Positions 39,466-52,133 of a stretch of 64,000 bases of DNA are shown piece by piece (position 1 is the first letter of the stretch; every line of letters begins with the position of its first letter). Where the stretch lies: the NCBI RefSeq assembly GCF_963921235.1, contig NC_086098.1, forward strand, positions 5,394,001 to 5,458,000, in the 5' to 3' direction. Both the position numbers and the translations under genes were made by a program. Source of the DNA: Mobula hypostoma. Lineage: Eukaryota. The notes below the pieces were generated by a model that saw only the letters and a list, made by a program, of their open reading frames with translations, was not told where the DNA came from and did not search any database.

Positions 39466-40621
39466 CAAAGTTCAAAGTACAAAAGTTCAAAGTTAATATA
39501 TTATCAAAGTACATATATATCACCACATACAACCCTGAGATTCATTTTCGCGCGGGCATACTCAGCAAATCTATAGAATAGTAACTATAACAGGATCAAT
39601 GAAAGGTCAAGTAGTGTGCAGAAGACAACAAACTGTGCAATGCAAATGTAAATAAATAGCAGTAAACAATGGGAACATGAAATAATAAGATAAAGAGTCT
39701 TTAAAGTGAGATCATTGGTTGAACATCTCCGTGGATGGGCAAGTGAGTATAGTCATCCTCCTTTGTTCAAAGGCTTGATGGTTGAGAGGTATCTATTTTG
39801 TGTGTGTTGTATTTCACTGCAGGCTTCAGTGTATGCTACCTCAATGTACTGATCTGTATGGATGCAATGCAAACATTTCTCACTGTACCTCTGTAAATGC
39901 GACAATAAGAAACCAAGTTACCCATTTTACCAGTTTAACAGTATTTTCCTTAAAGAGCTGGGATGCAAGATGAGGAAGCATCTAAACAACATTGGTGGGA
40001 TAGTTAATAATGAAAAAATACTGGTTATTCTGCTTCAGTAAGCTTTCTCATAAATCATACAGTTTTTTACAAACAATTTCCCATAAGAGGATTGACCTGT
40101 TATTTATAATTTAATAGTACAATGGTATGTCTAGCTCATTCACAACAGTCTCCTAATTGTATGAGACACTGTCAATACATTGCTTGGTCAGGCCAATGTA
40201 TTCCTTCAAGAGATGAAGTTTAAAAAAAAGTATCCGATATAGCTGGACAGCTGGAAGTGATTGAAAGCCCAAGGTACCTTTCAGAACAATGCTCAGGAGA
40301 ACCCCAGGCATTAACAATTTTATCTACTTCAAAAAGAAATTCAGCAAACGAGGTCAGTGTCTCTGCAGGACAAGTCAGATCAAAAATTTCAAATGGTAGT
40401 GTTATCGTCAGATGTATTCAGAATATTTTATACGCCCCTTGCCTGAAAACTTTAACCCTTTATTGGCCAAGTTTTAAAAGACACTGGGTACCTTCGGATG
40501 CCTTTACTGTTAAATTACCGTGAGAGCAATAGCTTGGTGGTGTTCTATTATATGGGGAGTCACGCCAGATGTAATCTTGCCTGATGTTTAGAGCTTGAAC
40601 TGTCACTGATGAACAATGGAA

Positions 40622-41207
40622 GTTATTATTATTATTATTATATTTTTATTTTTTCCTCAACTCACCTGAGGTACAGGCATAACCAATCATGCTCATTTCT
40701 CAATTGCTAGGAACATTCGGATTATTCTAGTGGTATTTAGTATTATGGGCTTTCTGAGGATTTACATAGATATTACTGTGTATCCCTAATTGTCTAATGC
40801 TATTGAGTAGTGCCTTTGGAACGATACCAGTTGTAGACATTACTGTCGGGACAATGTATACCCTGTTCATGTTCCATCCTCTTTCAATTTCCTCTTTTCA
40901 TTCAGCATTAGTTCTAGTGTTTTTCACTTACTGATTTCTGTATGTTATGTGTGTTTAGAATGGCTATATCTATTAAGTATCAAATTGTTTATCCTGTATT
41001 ATATGTCCAGATGGTTATTATGGATTGTCTTCTCTGTAATAAACGGATCAGTCGTAATATAATCTGTGGGACTCTAACTCTAAAACTGGATCAGGCTTGT
41101 ATTTATAGTAAGGTATGATTTATTCCATGAGTTTGTATCTTAAAGCAAGATTTTGATGAATGATGTTTTCCGCTTGATTGTGACTGTGTAAGTAATCAGG
41201 CTGAGTT
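40622..41207 (-). mobile_element. R4/Dong (Rex6-like) RLE non-LTR retrotransposon 3' fragment
   Basis: Minus frames YLHSHNQAENIIHQNLALRYKL (RHN-like), TIHNNHLDI, LIDIAI, WNMNRVYIVPTVMSTTGIVPKALL; ends in (AAT)n. Confidence 0.82.
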
Positions 41208-41899
41208 ATGATTATTTTTATTATTATTTGCATTTGCACAGTTTCACTTAATTTGTACATTGGTTGTTTGTCATTCTGTGTTTGTGTGTAGTTTTTCATT
41301 GATTCTATTGCTTTTCTTAGTTCTTCAGTGAATTCCTGCAAGAAAATGAATTTCAGAGTGGTGATATATACATACTTTGAAAATAAATTTACTTTGAACT
41401 TTGAACTCTGGGTGAAAGGAATTCTGGACCTGACCCATGAATGTCAAAGTGAATTGTAGAATCCCTATGTCTGGAGGTTGCCTGGCAGAACTCAACAAAT
41501 TCAGTACAAATTTATTTATTTATTGATACGCAGCATGGAATAAACATTTCCGGCCCTTCGAGGTGTGAAGCCCAGCAACCCTGACTTAACCCCAGCCTAA
41601 TCACGGGAAAAATTTACAATGGCTCACAGATACGTCATTGAAATCTGGCCTCAACATTTGGACCTACATGGACCTCTGACCCCAAGATTCACTGATCTGA
41701 GGATCACTGTCCCTCATGCCTCCTGTCTGTGTGGACGTCTAACGGCTCCTCATCGTATGAAGTTTTGACATCGTTCAAGTGTTTCATTGAGAGTCCCAAT
41801 GAAAGGTCATTGACATGAACCAGTAACTTTGCTTCTTCCTATTTAGTGTTGCTAGGTTTTTCAGATTTTACTTTAGTTCAGTTGAAAGATTGGCTGCTG

Positions 41900-41996
41900 A
41901 GATGATAGATAAGATAGACAGATAGATAGATAGATGGAAAGATAGAAAGAGAGATAGATATATAGAGAGATAGAGATAGATAGATAGATAGATAGA
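41900..41996. repeat. (GATA)n microsatellite, left part
   Basis: Direct observation; the array continues at 44630-44870 beyond the PLE. Confidence 0.95.
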
Positions 41997-42011
41997 GGAA
42001 CAGAAACTGTA

Positions 42012-44625
42012 GATGAAATGAGAAAATCTGCTGATGCTGGAAATCTAAGCAACAAACACAAAATGCTGGAGGAACTTAGCAGGCCAGGCAGCATCTATGG
42101 AAAAGAGGAAACAGTCGATGTTTTGGGCCAAGACCCTTCATCAGGACTGGAAAGAAGTTAGAGCAAGAAAGTGTGGGGAGGGGAGGAAGTAGTACATGGT
42201 GGTAGGTGATAGGTGAAACAGGGAGAGAGGGAGAGGTGAAATAAAGAGCTGGTGAGCTGATAGCTGAAAGAGATAAAGGGCTGGAGAAGAGGGAATCTGA
42301 TAGGAGAGGGTATAGTCATAGTCATAGTCATACTTTATTGATCCTGGGAGAAATTGGTTTTCGTTAGAGTTGCACCATAAGTAATTAAATAGTAATAAAA
42401 CCTTAAATAGTTAAATAGTAATATGTAATTTATGCCAGGAAATAAGTCCAGGACCAGCCTATTGGCTCAGGGTGTCTGACCCTCCAAGGGAAGAGTTGTA
42501 AAGTTTGATGGCCACAGGCAGGAATGACTTCCTATGACGCTCTGTGTTGCATCTCGGTGGAATGAGTCTCTGGCTGAATGTACTCCTGTTCCCAACCAGT
42601 ACATTATGTAGTGGATGGGAGACATTGTCCAAGATGGCATGCAACTAGGACAGCATCCTCTTTTCAGACACCACCGTGAGAGAGTCCAGTTCCATCCCCA
42701 CAACATCACTGGCCTTATGAATGAGTTTGTTGATTCTGTTGGTGTCTGCTACCCTCAGCCTGCTGCTCCAGCACACAATAGCAAACATGATAGCACTGGC
42801 CACCACAGACTCGTAGAACATCCTCAGCATCGTCTGGCAGATGTTAAAGGACCTCAGTCTCCTCAGGAAATAGAGATGGCTCTGACCCTTCTTGTAGACA
42901 GCCTCAGTGTTCTTTGACCAGTCCAGTTTATTGTCAATTCGTATCCCCAGGTGTTTGTAATCCCCCACCATGTCCACACTGACCCCCTGGATGGAAACAG
43001 GGGTCACCGGTACCTTAGCTCTCCTCAGGTCTACCACCAGCTCCTTAGTCTTAGTCTTAGTAGAAGACCATGGAAGAAAGGGAAGGGGGAGATGGGCAGG
43101 TAAGGAGAGGGAGGGAAATGGAAATAGGCATGGTGAAGTGGGGGGCAATTACTGGAAGTTTAAGAAATCGATTTTCATGCTGTCAGTTTGGAGGCTACCC
43201 AAACAAAATATCAGGTGTTTCTTCTCCAACCTGAGTGTGGCAGCAGAGGAAGCCGTGCACTGACATGTCAGAATGGGAATGAGAAGTAGAATTGAAATGA
43301 ATGGTCACGGGCAGATCCTGCTAACATTGAATCGCCTATGTTCAAGTACGTGGAATCGTCTATGTTCCAAACCTACACCAGTATCACTCCCCAACCTTTC
43401 TTGTGTATGTGGAACAGTGTTTGTTCCAAGCCTAACATGGGTATTACTCCACAACTTTTCCTACGCTACATCGACGACTACATTGGCACTGCTTCCTGAA
43501 CCCATGCTGAGCTCGACGACCGTCAACTTTGCCTCCAATTTCCACCCTGCCCTCAAATTTACCTGGTCCATTTCTGCCACCTCCCTCCCCTTTCTCAATC
43601 TCTCTGTCTCTATCTCTGGAGACAGTTTACCTCTTTATCTTTTATAAACCAATTGATTCTCACAGCTACCTGGACTATACCTCTTCCCGCCCTGTCACTT
43701 GCCTCTTCTCTCAGTTCCTCCGTCTCCACCACATCTGCTTTCAGGATGAGGTATTTCATTCCAGAACTAAGGAGGTCCTGCTTCTTCAAAGAAAGGGGCT
43801 TTCCTTCCTCCACCATCAACGCTGCCCTCACCCGCATCTCTTCCATTTTGTACACATTTTCCCTCACCCTACCCTACACCACCCCACCATGGATAGGGTT
43901 GCTCTTGTCCTCACCTACCACCCCAATGGACTCTGCGTCCAACACATAATTCTCCATAGCTTCCGTCACCTCCAATGGGATTCCACTTCCAAGCATATTC
44001 TCCCCCCCCACCCAGTTTCTACTTTCTACAGGGATCGCTCCCTACACGACTCCCTTGTCCCTTTGTCCCTCCCCACTGACCTCCCTCCTGGCGCTTATCC
44101 TTGCAGCGGAATAAATGTTACACCTGTCCCTACACCTCCTCCCTCATGGCCATTCAGGGCCCCAAACATTCTTCCAGGTGAGGCGACACTTCACCTGTGA
44201 GTCTGTTAGGGTTATATACTATATCTGGTGCTCCCTGTGTGGCCTCCTGTATATCAGTGAGACCCAATGTAGAGTGGGAGAATGCTAAACTGAGCAAGTA
44301 AGCTTTGTCTGCCGGAAAAAGCAGGATTTCCCCATGGCCACCCATTTCAATTCTACTTCCCGTTCCCATTCCAACATGTCAGTCCATGGTCTCTTCTACC
44401 GTGGGGATGAGGCCACACTCAGGCTGAAGGAGCAACAGCTTATATTCCGTCTGGGTAGCCTCCAACGTGTTATCCTCCCTTCCCTCTACCCTGTTACTCT
44501 GACCTCATCCTTTTTTCCCAGTCCAGATGAAGGGTGAAGCCCAGATGAAGCCTAAAACATCCACTATTTACTCTTTTCCATAGATGCTGCCTGGCCTGCT
44601 GAGTTCCTCCAGCATTTGGTGTGAG
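42012..44625. mobile_element. Penelope-like element with inverted architecture (minus 3' end 42012-43320, plus RT/GIY-YIG/3' end 43320-44625)
   Basis: LRYIDD frame at ~43461-43478, NFHPALKFTWSIS, YKPIDSHSYLDY; hammerhead motifs at 42113-42148(-) and ~44520-44565(+, decayed). Confidence 0.88.
42311..43057 (-). mobile_element. Rex1/Babar 3' part nested in the PLE, (ACTATG)n tail
   Basis: KTKELVVDLRR, KKGQSHLYFLRRLRSF, FYESVVASAI, HPLH, RKSFLPVAIKLYN. Confidence 0.92.
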
Positions 44626-44629
44626 ATAC

Positions 44630-44870
44630 AATAGATAGATAGACAGGTAGATAGATAGATAGATAGACAGACAGACCGATAGATAGACAGAGAGAGAGAG
44701 ATAGATACAGCAGATAGATAGACGAGGAGATAGATGGATAGACAGAGAGACGGACAGAAAGACAGACAGACAGAAACAGACAGAGATAGATAGACAGAGA
44801 GATGAATAGGTAGACAGACAGAAAAATAGAAGGACAGACAGAGAGATAGATAGATAAACAGTAAGATAGG
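44630..44870. repeat. (GATA/GACA)n microsatellite, right part
   Basis: Direct observation. Confidence 0.95.
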
Positions 44871-44909
44871 TATAGTTTGCTGAGCACCAGTATAAATGCT
44901 TTTCAATGA

Positions 44910-45235
44910 TGATAAGATAATAGAAATGAAAGAATAGACTGGATGAGATATTTTGGACCTTAGTGAGTCTGAAACATTGAATATTGTTCAGTGTTTCATT
45001 TGATTCTTATGTCCAACCAGAAGTGCTGAATAGTTGATACTGTATTTGCCCACTCAGACCTCACCATCATAGAAACTAGTCTTGAGCCAATTCAATTTAC
45101 TCCATGTGATATTGAGAAACGACAGCTGAGAGCAATGAACACTTTACAACATAGTCTGGTTGTCATATGAAAGAGTTGTACTCCTGAATTAGTCATACCA
45201 CTAGCCATGCTGATAGAAAGCAGTTCAGCTAAGAT
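44910..45235 (+). mobile_element. Ancient CR1/L2-group LINE fragment
   Basis: PIQFTPCDIEKRQL and KSCTPELVIPLAML frames; reverse homologues at 56680-57190 and 58055-58340. Confidence 0.6.
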
Positions 45236-45909
45236 AAAACAAAGCCATTTAAGGCTTCAAAATCAGGATTTTGATGCCAATTCAACAGACCAGAAGGAAC
45301 TTGAATTGCTTGACTGGCAACTGACATTGCTAATAAAGGATTTAGCGTTTCCTCAGCATTGAATCTGCTGCTCTGTCAGTCCAATATATTATGTTGTAGT
45401 GGTGTTTGATTTCCACTGCTACTGATAATCACTATAACTATATTTCATTGTTATCCGTAATGAAGCCATCAATTTCACTGTGACTTTGTTAGAACTATAG
45501 CTTTCAGTGCCTACTGTTCTGTCATAAAAATTAACTTTGTAAAACATTATATTTCATGGAACTACTAATGTTCCTGTACAAACTGCACTGGTAGAACGTA
45601 ACACACACAAGATGCAATATTTTGGGGCTGAAGCCCTTTAGCTGGACTTGGCCAAAATGTCAACTCTTTATTCCCTTACCTGACTTTGGAGTTCCTTCAG
45701 CATTTTGTGTGTGCTGCTCAAGATTCCCAACAATTGCAGAATCTCTTGCGTCTGTGAGCATAACCATCATAAGACCACAAGGTCAAGTTGAATTCTTATT
45801 CAAATATACATGAATATAACTAAATGAAACAGCATTGCTCCGGGATCAAGCTACAAAATACATTAACCACAGAACACAGCACACCGCACATAGCACTAAT
45901 AGTACACAT

Positions 45910-46218
45910 CACAAGACAAGATCACAAGACAAAGGAGCAGAGGTAGGCCATTCGGCCCATCGAGTCTGCTCCACAGCTCCCCCATGAGCTAAACTATTCA
46001 CCCATCTAGTTCCAATTTCCGGCTTTTTCCCCATATCCCTTGATACCCTGACTAATTAGATACCTATCAATCTGCTCCTTAAACACCCTCAATGATCGGG
46101 CCTCCACAGCCATATGTGGCAACGAATTCCACAAATCCACGACCCTCTGGCTAAAAAAATTTCTCCTCATCTCTGTTTTAACTGGGTACCCTCTAATTCT
46201 AAGACTATGGCCTCTTGG
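45910..46218 (-). mobile_element. CR1 3' end
   Basis: RGHSLRIRGYPVKTEMRRNFFSQRVVDLWNSLP...GYGEKAGNWN. Confidence 0.9.
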
Positions 46219-46668
46219 TAACGATTTCAGAAAAACCTTCAGACACAAAGGAGAAATAATAATATAGCCCAAGTTCCTGAGTAGCATGATTGGCACGCCA
46301 CAACAGGTTGTCTTAGTCCAGCTTGTTCTTCCACTGAGCAAACCCTGCAGTGCTGCACCGATGGAAGAAACCAACCCCCAGCCCAGACCGGATTTCAGCA
46401 CACCCAGGGAGGCAACTCCCACACCACCTCGGTGTTGCCTCCCACGGGCAACTACGACAGGTGACCCTGTGGTTTGGACCTAACTCCCACCACAACTGAG
46501 GCAACACACCTCCCTTGCTGTCAGTTGGGCCAATAAACCAATGAAGCAGACTTGCAGTATTTGATGTTACCAATGACCGACAGGGTCTTGCAATCACGAA
46601 AAAAAACCACATCCAAGACAATCACTCACTATTTTTGGACCTCACACTGCCCAACAGTACATGGCAAG

Positions 46669-46770
46669 TCCAGGTGACACCACAACAACGATACACAATG
46701 ATTCCAGGTGACAATACGACAACAATACACAATGAGTCCAGGTGACAACACAACAACGGTACACAATGAG
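46669..46770. repeat. 34-bp minisatellite x3
   Basis: TCCAGGTGACA.CAC.ACAAC..TACACAATGA. units at 46669, 46703 and 46737. Confidence 0.9.
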
Positions 46771-47534
46771 GCCAGTTCCATCGCTATTGCGCACCTTGTT
46801 AATGGGATATTCTTGCAGTAGTTGATGCTCTTAGTATCCAGCAGTGACCTGTGATCACAAGACAGACACATACACCTCTGAGTGGACATGGACTAAGTGT
46901 GCAATATCTTACCAGAAGTGTATAAAGACAGTAGAATTTGGTGGCCATTAACCCATTGAGACTGCTCCACCATTCCATCTTGGCTGATTTATTATCCCCA
47001 TAACCTTTTTTTTGCCATAATTAATCAAGAACCTATCAACCTCTGCTTTAAATATATTTAATGACTTAGCTTCCACAGCCATCTGTGGGATTAATTCCAC
47101 TGATTGTAGACATGTACTTACACTTCCTCTGTAGCTGTTACACTTTATTCTGCATTCTGTTATTGTTTTACCTTGTTCTACCTCAATACACTGTGTAATG
47201 ATTTGATCTGTATGAACAGTATTCAGGACAAGTTTTTCACTGTATCTCAATACGGGTGACAATAATAAACCAACCCCAGTTCCAGTTCCAGGATCTGGCA
47301 TGTTGGGCTTTGTTGCTGTGTATGAACAGTGAAAGAAGATAACTGTGAAGCTTCCAACTTGATTAATCCCGCAGGGCCATGGGGAGGAAGTACGGCAATG
47401 GGAAAAGTCCGATGGATGAGTGCAGGCAACAGGTCAGATTGGATGTGATCAGGCCCGATACCTGCCAATAGGATAACAGCATTTTTACATTTCTGTTGCT
47501 TGTGGCATGTCTTTAGTTCAAAGTTCAAAGGACA

Positions 47535-48460
47535 GACCCTGCAGTATAATAGCATTGAGGAATTTAAAGTTGCTGACCCTCTCTATCTCTGATCTTCTGG
47601 TGAGGACTGGCTCATGGGTCTCTGGTTTCGCTCTCCTGAAGTTAATAATCAGCTCCTGGGTCTTGCTGACAGTGAGTGAAAGGCTGTTGTTGAGTGAAAG
47701 GCTGTTGTTGTGACACCACTCAGACGGATTTTCAATCTTCCTTCTATATGTTGATTCATCACCACCTTTGGTTCAGCCTACAAACAGTAGTGTCATCAGC
47801 AACTTAAATATGACTTTGGAGCTTTGCTTAACCACACAGTCATAGGCATAAAGTGAATAGAACAGGGTGCTAAGCATACAGCTTGTGGTGTACCTGTAAT
47901 GCTGGAGATCGTGGAGGAGATGCTGTTGCCAATCCAAACTGACTGGGGTGTACAAGCGAAGAAATTGAGGATCAAATTGTGCAAGGATTTGTTGAGGCCA
48001 AAGTCATCAAGCTTATTGATTAGTTTTGGTGGGATGATAATATTGAATGCTAAGCTGTAGTCAATAAAGAGCATCCGGATGTATGCATCTTTGCTGTCCA
48101 GATGTTCCAGGGTTGAGTGAAGAGCCAATGAGGTGGCACCTGCTGTGGACCTGTTGCTCCAAATTGGAGCAGATCCAGATTACTGTTCAGGCAGGAGTTG
48201 ATATGTTTCATCACCAGCCTCTCAAAACACTTCATCACAGTGGATGTAAGTGCTACTGGACGATAATCATTGAGGCAAGCTATCACATTTTTCTTAGGCA
48301 CCGGTATAATTGAAGCTTCCTTGAAGCAGGTGCATTCCCCAGACTGTCAAACTGAGGGTTTAAAGATTTCAGTGAATGCTCCAGCCAGCTGATTAGCACA
48401 GGTTTTTAGAACCTGGCAGGTGCCCTGTCTGGCCCGGATGCTTTTGGTGGGTTCACCTCC
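47535..48460 (-). mobile_element. Rex1/Babar RT fragment
   Basis: [43 protein letters not shown]; paralogous to 37600-38300. Confidence 0.9.
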
Positions 48461-48926
48461 CCGTAACCATGTTAGATTCCTCCGGGTGCTCCAGTTTCTC
48501 CCCACGGTCCAAAGACATATCGGTGAGTAGGTCATTGTAAACTGCCATGTGATTAGGTTAAGGTTAGATCAGTGGGTTGCTGGGCGGCGTGGCTCATTGG
48601 GCTGGAAGGGCCAATTCCACATTGTTTCTCTGAATCAATACATAAGCATAGCCTTGCATGCCTCTATTATCCACATACCATCCAAATTTCTCTTAAATGT
48701 TAAAATCAAACCCGTATCCACCACCTCTGCTGGCATCTCTTCTCACACTCAAACCAGCCTCTGAGTGAAGAGGTTCCCTTTAAATATTTCACCTTTCATT
48801 CTTCACCTACTGTATGACGTCTCGTCATCGTCCCACCCAATCTCAGAGGGAAAAAGCCTGCTTGCATTTACGCTATCTATACCCCTCATAATTTTGTGCA
48901 CCTCTATCAAATCTCCCCTGTAGATA

Positions 48927-48982
48927 CACTCAGTGGCCACTTTATTAGGTACCTCAAAACCTAATAAAGTGGCTACTGAGTG
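48927..48982. mobile_element. 56-bp TIR-only Tc1 MITE
   Basis: TA|CACTCAGTGGCCACTTTATTAGGT acctcaaa ACCTAATAAAGTGGCTACTGAGTG|TG; same TIR as 27941-28508. Confidence 0.85.
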
Positions 48983-48987
48983 TGTGA

Positions 48988-49470
48988 CCATAAGACCATA
49001 AGATATAGCAACAAGCCGCTCGTGGCAACAAGTTCCACAGATTTACCAACGTCTGACTCGTAATTTCTCTGCATCTCTGTTCTAAATGGATGACCCTCAA
49101 TCCTGAAGTTGTGCCCTCTTGCCCTAGACTCCCCTGCTATGGGAAATAACTTTGCTATTTCTAATCTGTTCAGGCCTTTTAACATTTGGAATGTTTCTGT
49201 GAGATCCCCCCTCATTCTCCTGAACTCCAGGGAATACAGCCCAAGAGCTGCCAGAAGTTCCTCATCCGGTAACCCTTTCATTCCTGGAATCATTCTCGTG
49301 AATCTTCTCTGAACCCTCTCCAATGTCAGTATATCCTTTCTAAAATAAAGAGCCCAAAACATCACACAATACTCCAAGTGTGGTCTCACGAGTGCCTTAT
49401 AGAGCCTCAACATCACATCTCTGCTCTTATATTCTATACCTTGAGAAATGAATGCCAATATTGCATTCAA
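48988..49470 (-). mobile_element. CR1 ORF2 3' fragment
   Basis: ILAFISQGIEYKSRDVMLRLYKALVRPHLEYC...RRMRGDL. Confidence 0.92.
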
Positions 49471-51232
49471 AATTGCTGGTGAACACAGCAGGCCAGGCAG
49501 AATCGCTAGGAAGAGGTACAGTCGACGTTTTGGGCTGGGACCCTTCGTCAGGGCTAACTGAAAGAAGAGATAGTAAGAGATTTGAAAGTGGGAGGGGGAG
49601 GGGGAGATCTGAAATGATAGGAGAAGACAGGAGGGGGAGGGATGGAGCAAAGAGCTGGACAGTTGATTAGCAAAAGAGATACCAGGCTGGAGAAGAGAGA
49701 GGATCATGGGACGGGAAGGGGGAGGGGAGCCCGGAGGGTGCAGAGCAGGCAAGGAGTTATAGTGAGAGGGATAGAGGGAGAAAAAAGAGAGAGAGAAAAA
49801 AAGGGGGGAAAAATAAAAAAAAATATATATAAAAAAATTAAATAAACAAATAAGGGATGGGGTGTGAAGGGGAGTGGCATCAACGGAAGACAGAGAAGTC
49901 AATATTCATGCCATCAGATTGGAGGCTACCCAGATGGAATATAAGGTGTTGTTCCTCCAACCTGAGTGTGGCTTCATCTTGACAGTAGAGGAGGCCGTGG
50001 ATAGACATGTCAGAATGGGAATGGGATGTGGAATTAAAATGTGTGGCCACTGGGAGATGCTGCTTTCTCTGGCGGACAGAGTGTAGTTGTTCAGCGAAAC
50101 GGTCTCCCAGCCTGCGTCGGGTCTCGCCAATATATAGAAGGCCGCACCGGGAGCACCGGACACAGTATATCACCCCAGCTACTGCCACTCTCCTTTGTCT
50201 AGCGGGATTAGTCCTTACTCTTAATAATTTCTCCTTTGGCTCCTCTCACATCCTCCAAACTAAAGGTGTAGCCATGGGTCCCAGCTCCTGCCTTTTTGTT
50301 GGCTTTGTGGAACAATCCATGTTTCAAGCTTGTACTGGTATCTGTCCCCCACTTTTCCTTCGCTACATCGACGACTGCATTGGTGCTCCTTCCTGCACGC
50401 ATGCTGAGCTCGTTGACTTCATTAACTTTGCCTCCAACTTTCACCCTGCCCTCAAGTTTACCTGGTCCATTTCCGACACCTCCCTCTGCTTTCTTGATCT
50501 TTCTGTCTCTGTTTCTGGAGACAGCTTATCTACTGATGTCTACTATAAGCCTACGGACTCTCACAGCTATCTGGACTATTCCTCTTCCCACCCTGTACCT
50601 TGCAAAAATGCCATCCCCTTCTCGCAATTCCTCCATCTCCGCCACATCTGCTCTCAGGATGAGGCTTTTCATTCCAAAATGAAGGAGATGACCTCCTTTT
50701 TTAAAGAAAGGGGCTTCCCTTCCTCCGCCATCAACTCTGCTCTCAAACGCATCTCCCCCATTTCACGCACATCTGCTCTCACTCCATCCTCCCTCCGCCC
50801 CACTAGGAATAGGGTTCCCCTTGTCCTCATCTACCACCCCACCAGCCTCCGGGTCCAACATATAATCCTCTGTAACTTCCGCCACCTTCAATGGGATCCC
50901 ACCACTAAGCACATCTTTCCCTCCCCCGCTCTCTCTGCATTCCGCAGGGATCGCTCCCTACACAACTCCCTTGTCCATTTGTCCCCCCCATCCCTTCCCA
51001 CCGATCTCCCTCCCGGCACTTATCCTTGTAAGCGGAACAAGTGCCACACATGCCCTTACACTTCCTCCCTCACTACCATTCAGGGCCCCAGACAGTCCTT
51101 CCAGGTGAGGCAACACTTCACCTGTGAGTTGGCTGGGGTGATATACTGCATCTGGTGCTCCCGGTGGGGCATTCTATATATTGGCGAGACCCGACGCAGG
51201 CTGGGAGACCGTTTCACTGAACACCAACACTC
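49471..51232. mobile_element. Penelope-like element: inverted 3' end (49471-50180, minus) joined to RT/GIY-YIG (50181-51232, plus)
   Basis: Open ~350 aa stretch: LTLNNFSF, QTKGVAMG, LRYIDDC, FLDLSV, YYKPTDS..YLDYSSSHP, CKRNKCHTC, GVIY..YIGETRRRLGDRF.EH; hammerhead at 49520-49555(-). Confidence 0.95.
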
Positions 51233-51495
51233 TGTTTGTTTTTCATACCATTCTCTGTACACTAGAGACTGTTGTCACAGGAGATCAGCCAGTGTCTGAG
51301 ATACTCAAACCGACCTGGCTGGCATCAACAATCATTCCACAGTCAAAGTCATTTAGATAACATTCCTTCCCCATTCTGATGTTTTGTCTGAATGAGAACC
51401 GAACCTCTTGACCATGTCTGCATGCTTTTATGCATTGAGTTGCTGCCATGTAATTGACTGGATATTTTTATTAACAAGCAGATGTACAGGCTACA
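51233..51495 (-). mobile_element. Tc1 fragment (same family as 27941-28508)
   Basis: Reverse homology, including GMIVDASQVGLSISDT and VYREWYEKQ. Confidence 0.8.
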
Positions 51496-52114
51496 CTTTA
51501 AGTAGGAACAGAACACCTCCTTACATCGGAGATGTCCACTGGAAAAACCAAAAAGCTGTAATAGTGCCCCGAAAACAAAAGAGTTATAGAATTATAAATG
51601 TACAAATCTGAGGATCTCACTCCAGTGCCATGGAATGTGTCTGTAGCATCTTAATAACACAACCAGTAAAAGGACCCATATATCAGCAAATAGAATCAGA
51701 ATCTGAACCAAGTTTAATATCTCTGACATATGTCATGAAATTTGTTATTATACAGCAGCAGTGCTTTGCAATACATAATAATAAAAACAAGTGGTACTCC
51801 AAGCGGGGGTTTGGTTGGCAGCTCCCCCAGCATTCCTGGCAGCCAGTGCTGCTTATTGTTCTTGTGTTAAAATACATTTGATGGATTATGGAGGGACTTA
51901 TTGTTATATTTTAGCTTGTGTTACACAGTTATTGGCATGTATATTTGTGGGTCACCCTAACTGTAAGCCGGGTGTATGATGGTCACCTCCCCTGTCTGCA
52001 TGTGACTGAGTGGCTTCTCTCCCCGGGTCTTAGTGCCCGCTCGGTTTTTGTGCTTGCCGCAATAAAAATGGCAGCTTTTCTCGTCTGTCATCATTGACTA
52101 AGTGCTCACTACAT

Positions 52115-52133
52115 TGGTGTCAGGAGTGGGATT
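52115..52133 (+). promoter_or_regulatory. Primer-binding site complementary to the tRNA-Leu(CAG) 3' end
   Basis: TGGTGTCAGGAGTGGGATT is the reverse complement of AATCCCACTCCTGACACCA (recalled vertebrate tRNA-Leu-CAG 3' end); it lies 1 nt after the LTR CA. Confidence 0.88.

Noticed and set aside
40257..40523. 88-aa ORF in unique sequence (also 26250-26519)
   Set aside because: GTG start, no domain motif or splice context; length is within chance expectation.
40660..40668. Minus-strand splice donor CAG|GTGAGT suggesting a host exon
   Set aside because: It lies in the 3' UTR of the R4/Dong element; the upstream frames are retrotransposon endonuclease.
45330..45410. AmnSINE/SacSINE (Deu-domain) relic
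   Set aside because: Only faint resemblance from memory; too degenerate to call.
46669..46770. CRISPR-like repeats (also 6114-6262)
   Set aside because: Head-to-tail minisatellites with no unique spacers, in eukaryotic DNA with no cas genes.
48973..49902. 309-aa ORF as a novel gene
   Set aside because: Chance read-through from a PLE pseudo-LTR into a CR1 ORF2 fragment.
50007..51299. 430-aa ORF as an intact or domesticated gene
   Set aside because: The first ~58 aa are antisense PLE, the tail runs into a Tc1 fragment, and the RT N-terminal half is missing.
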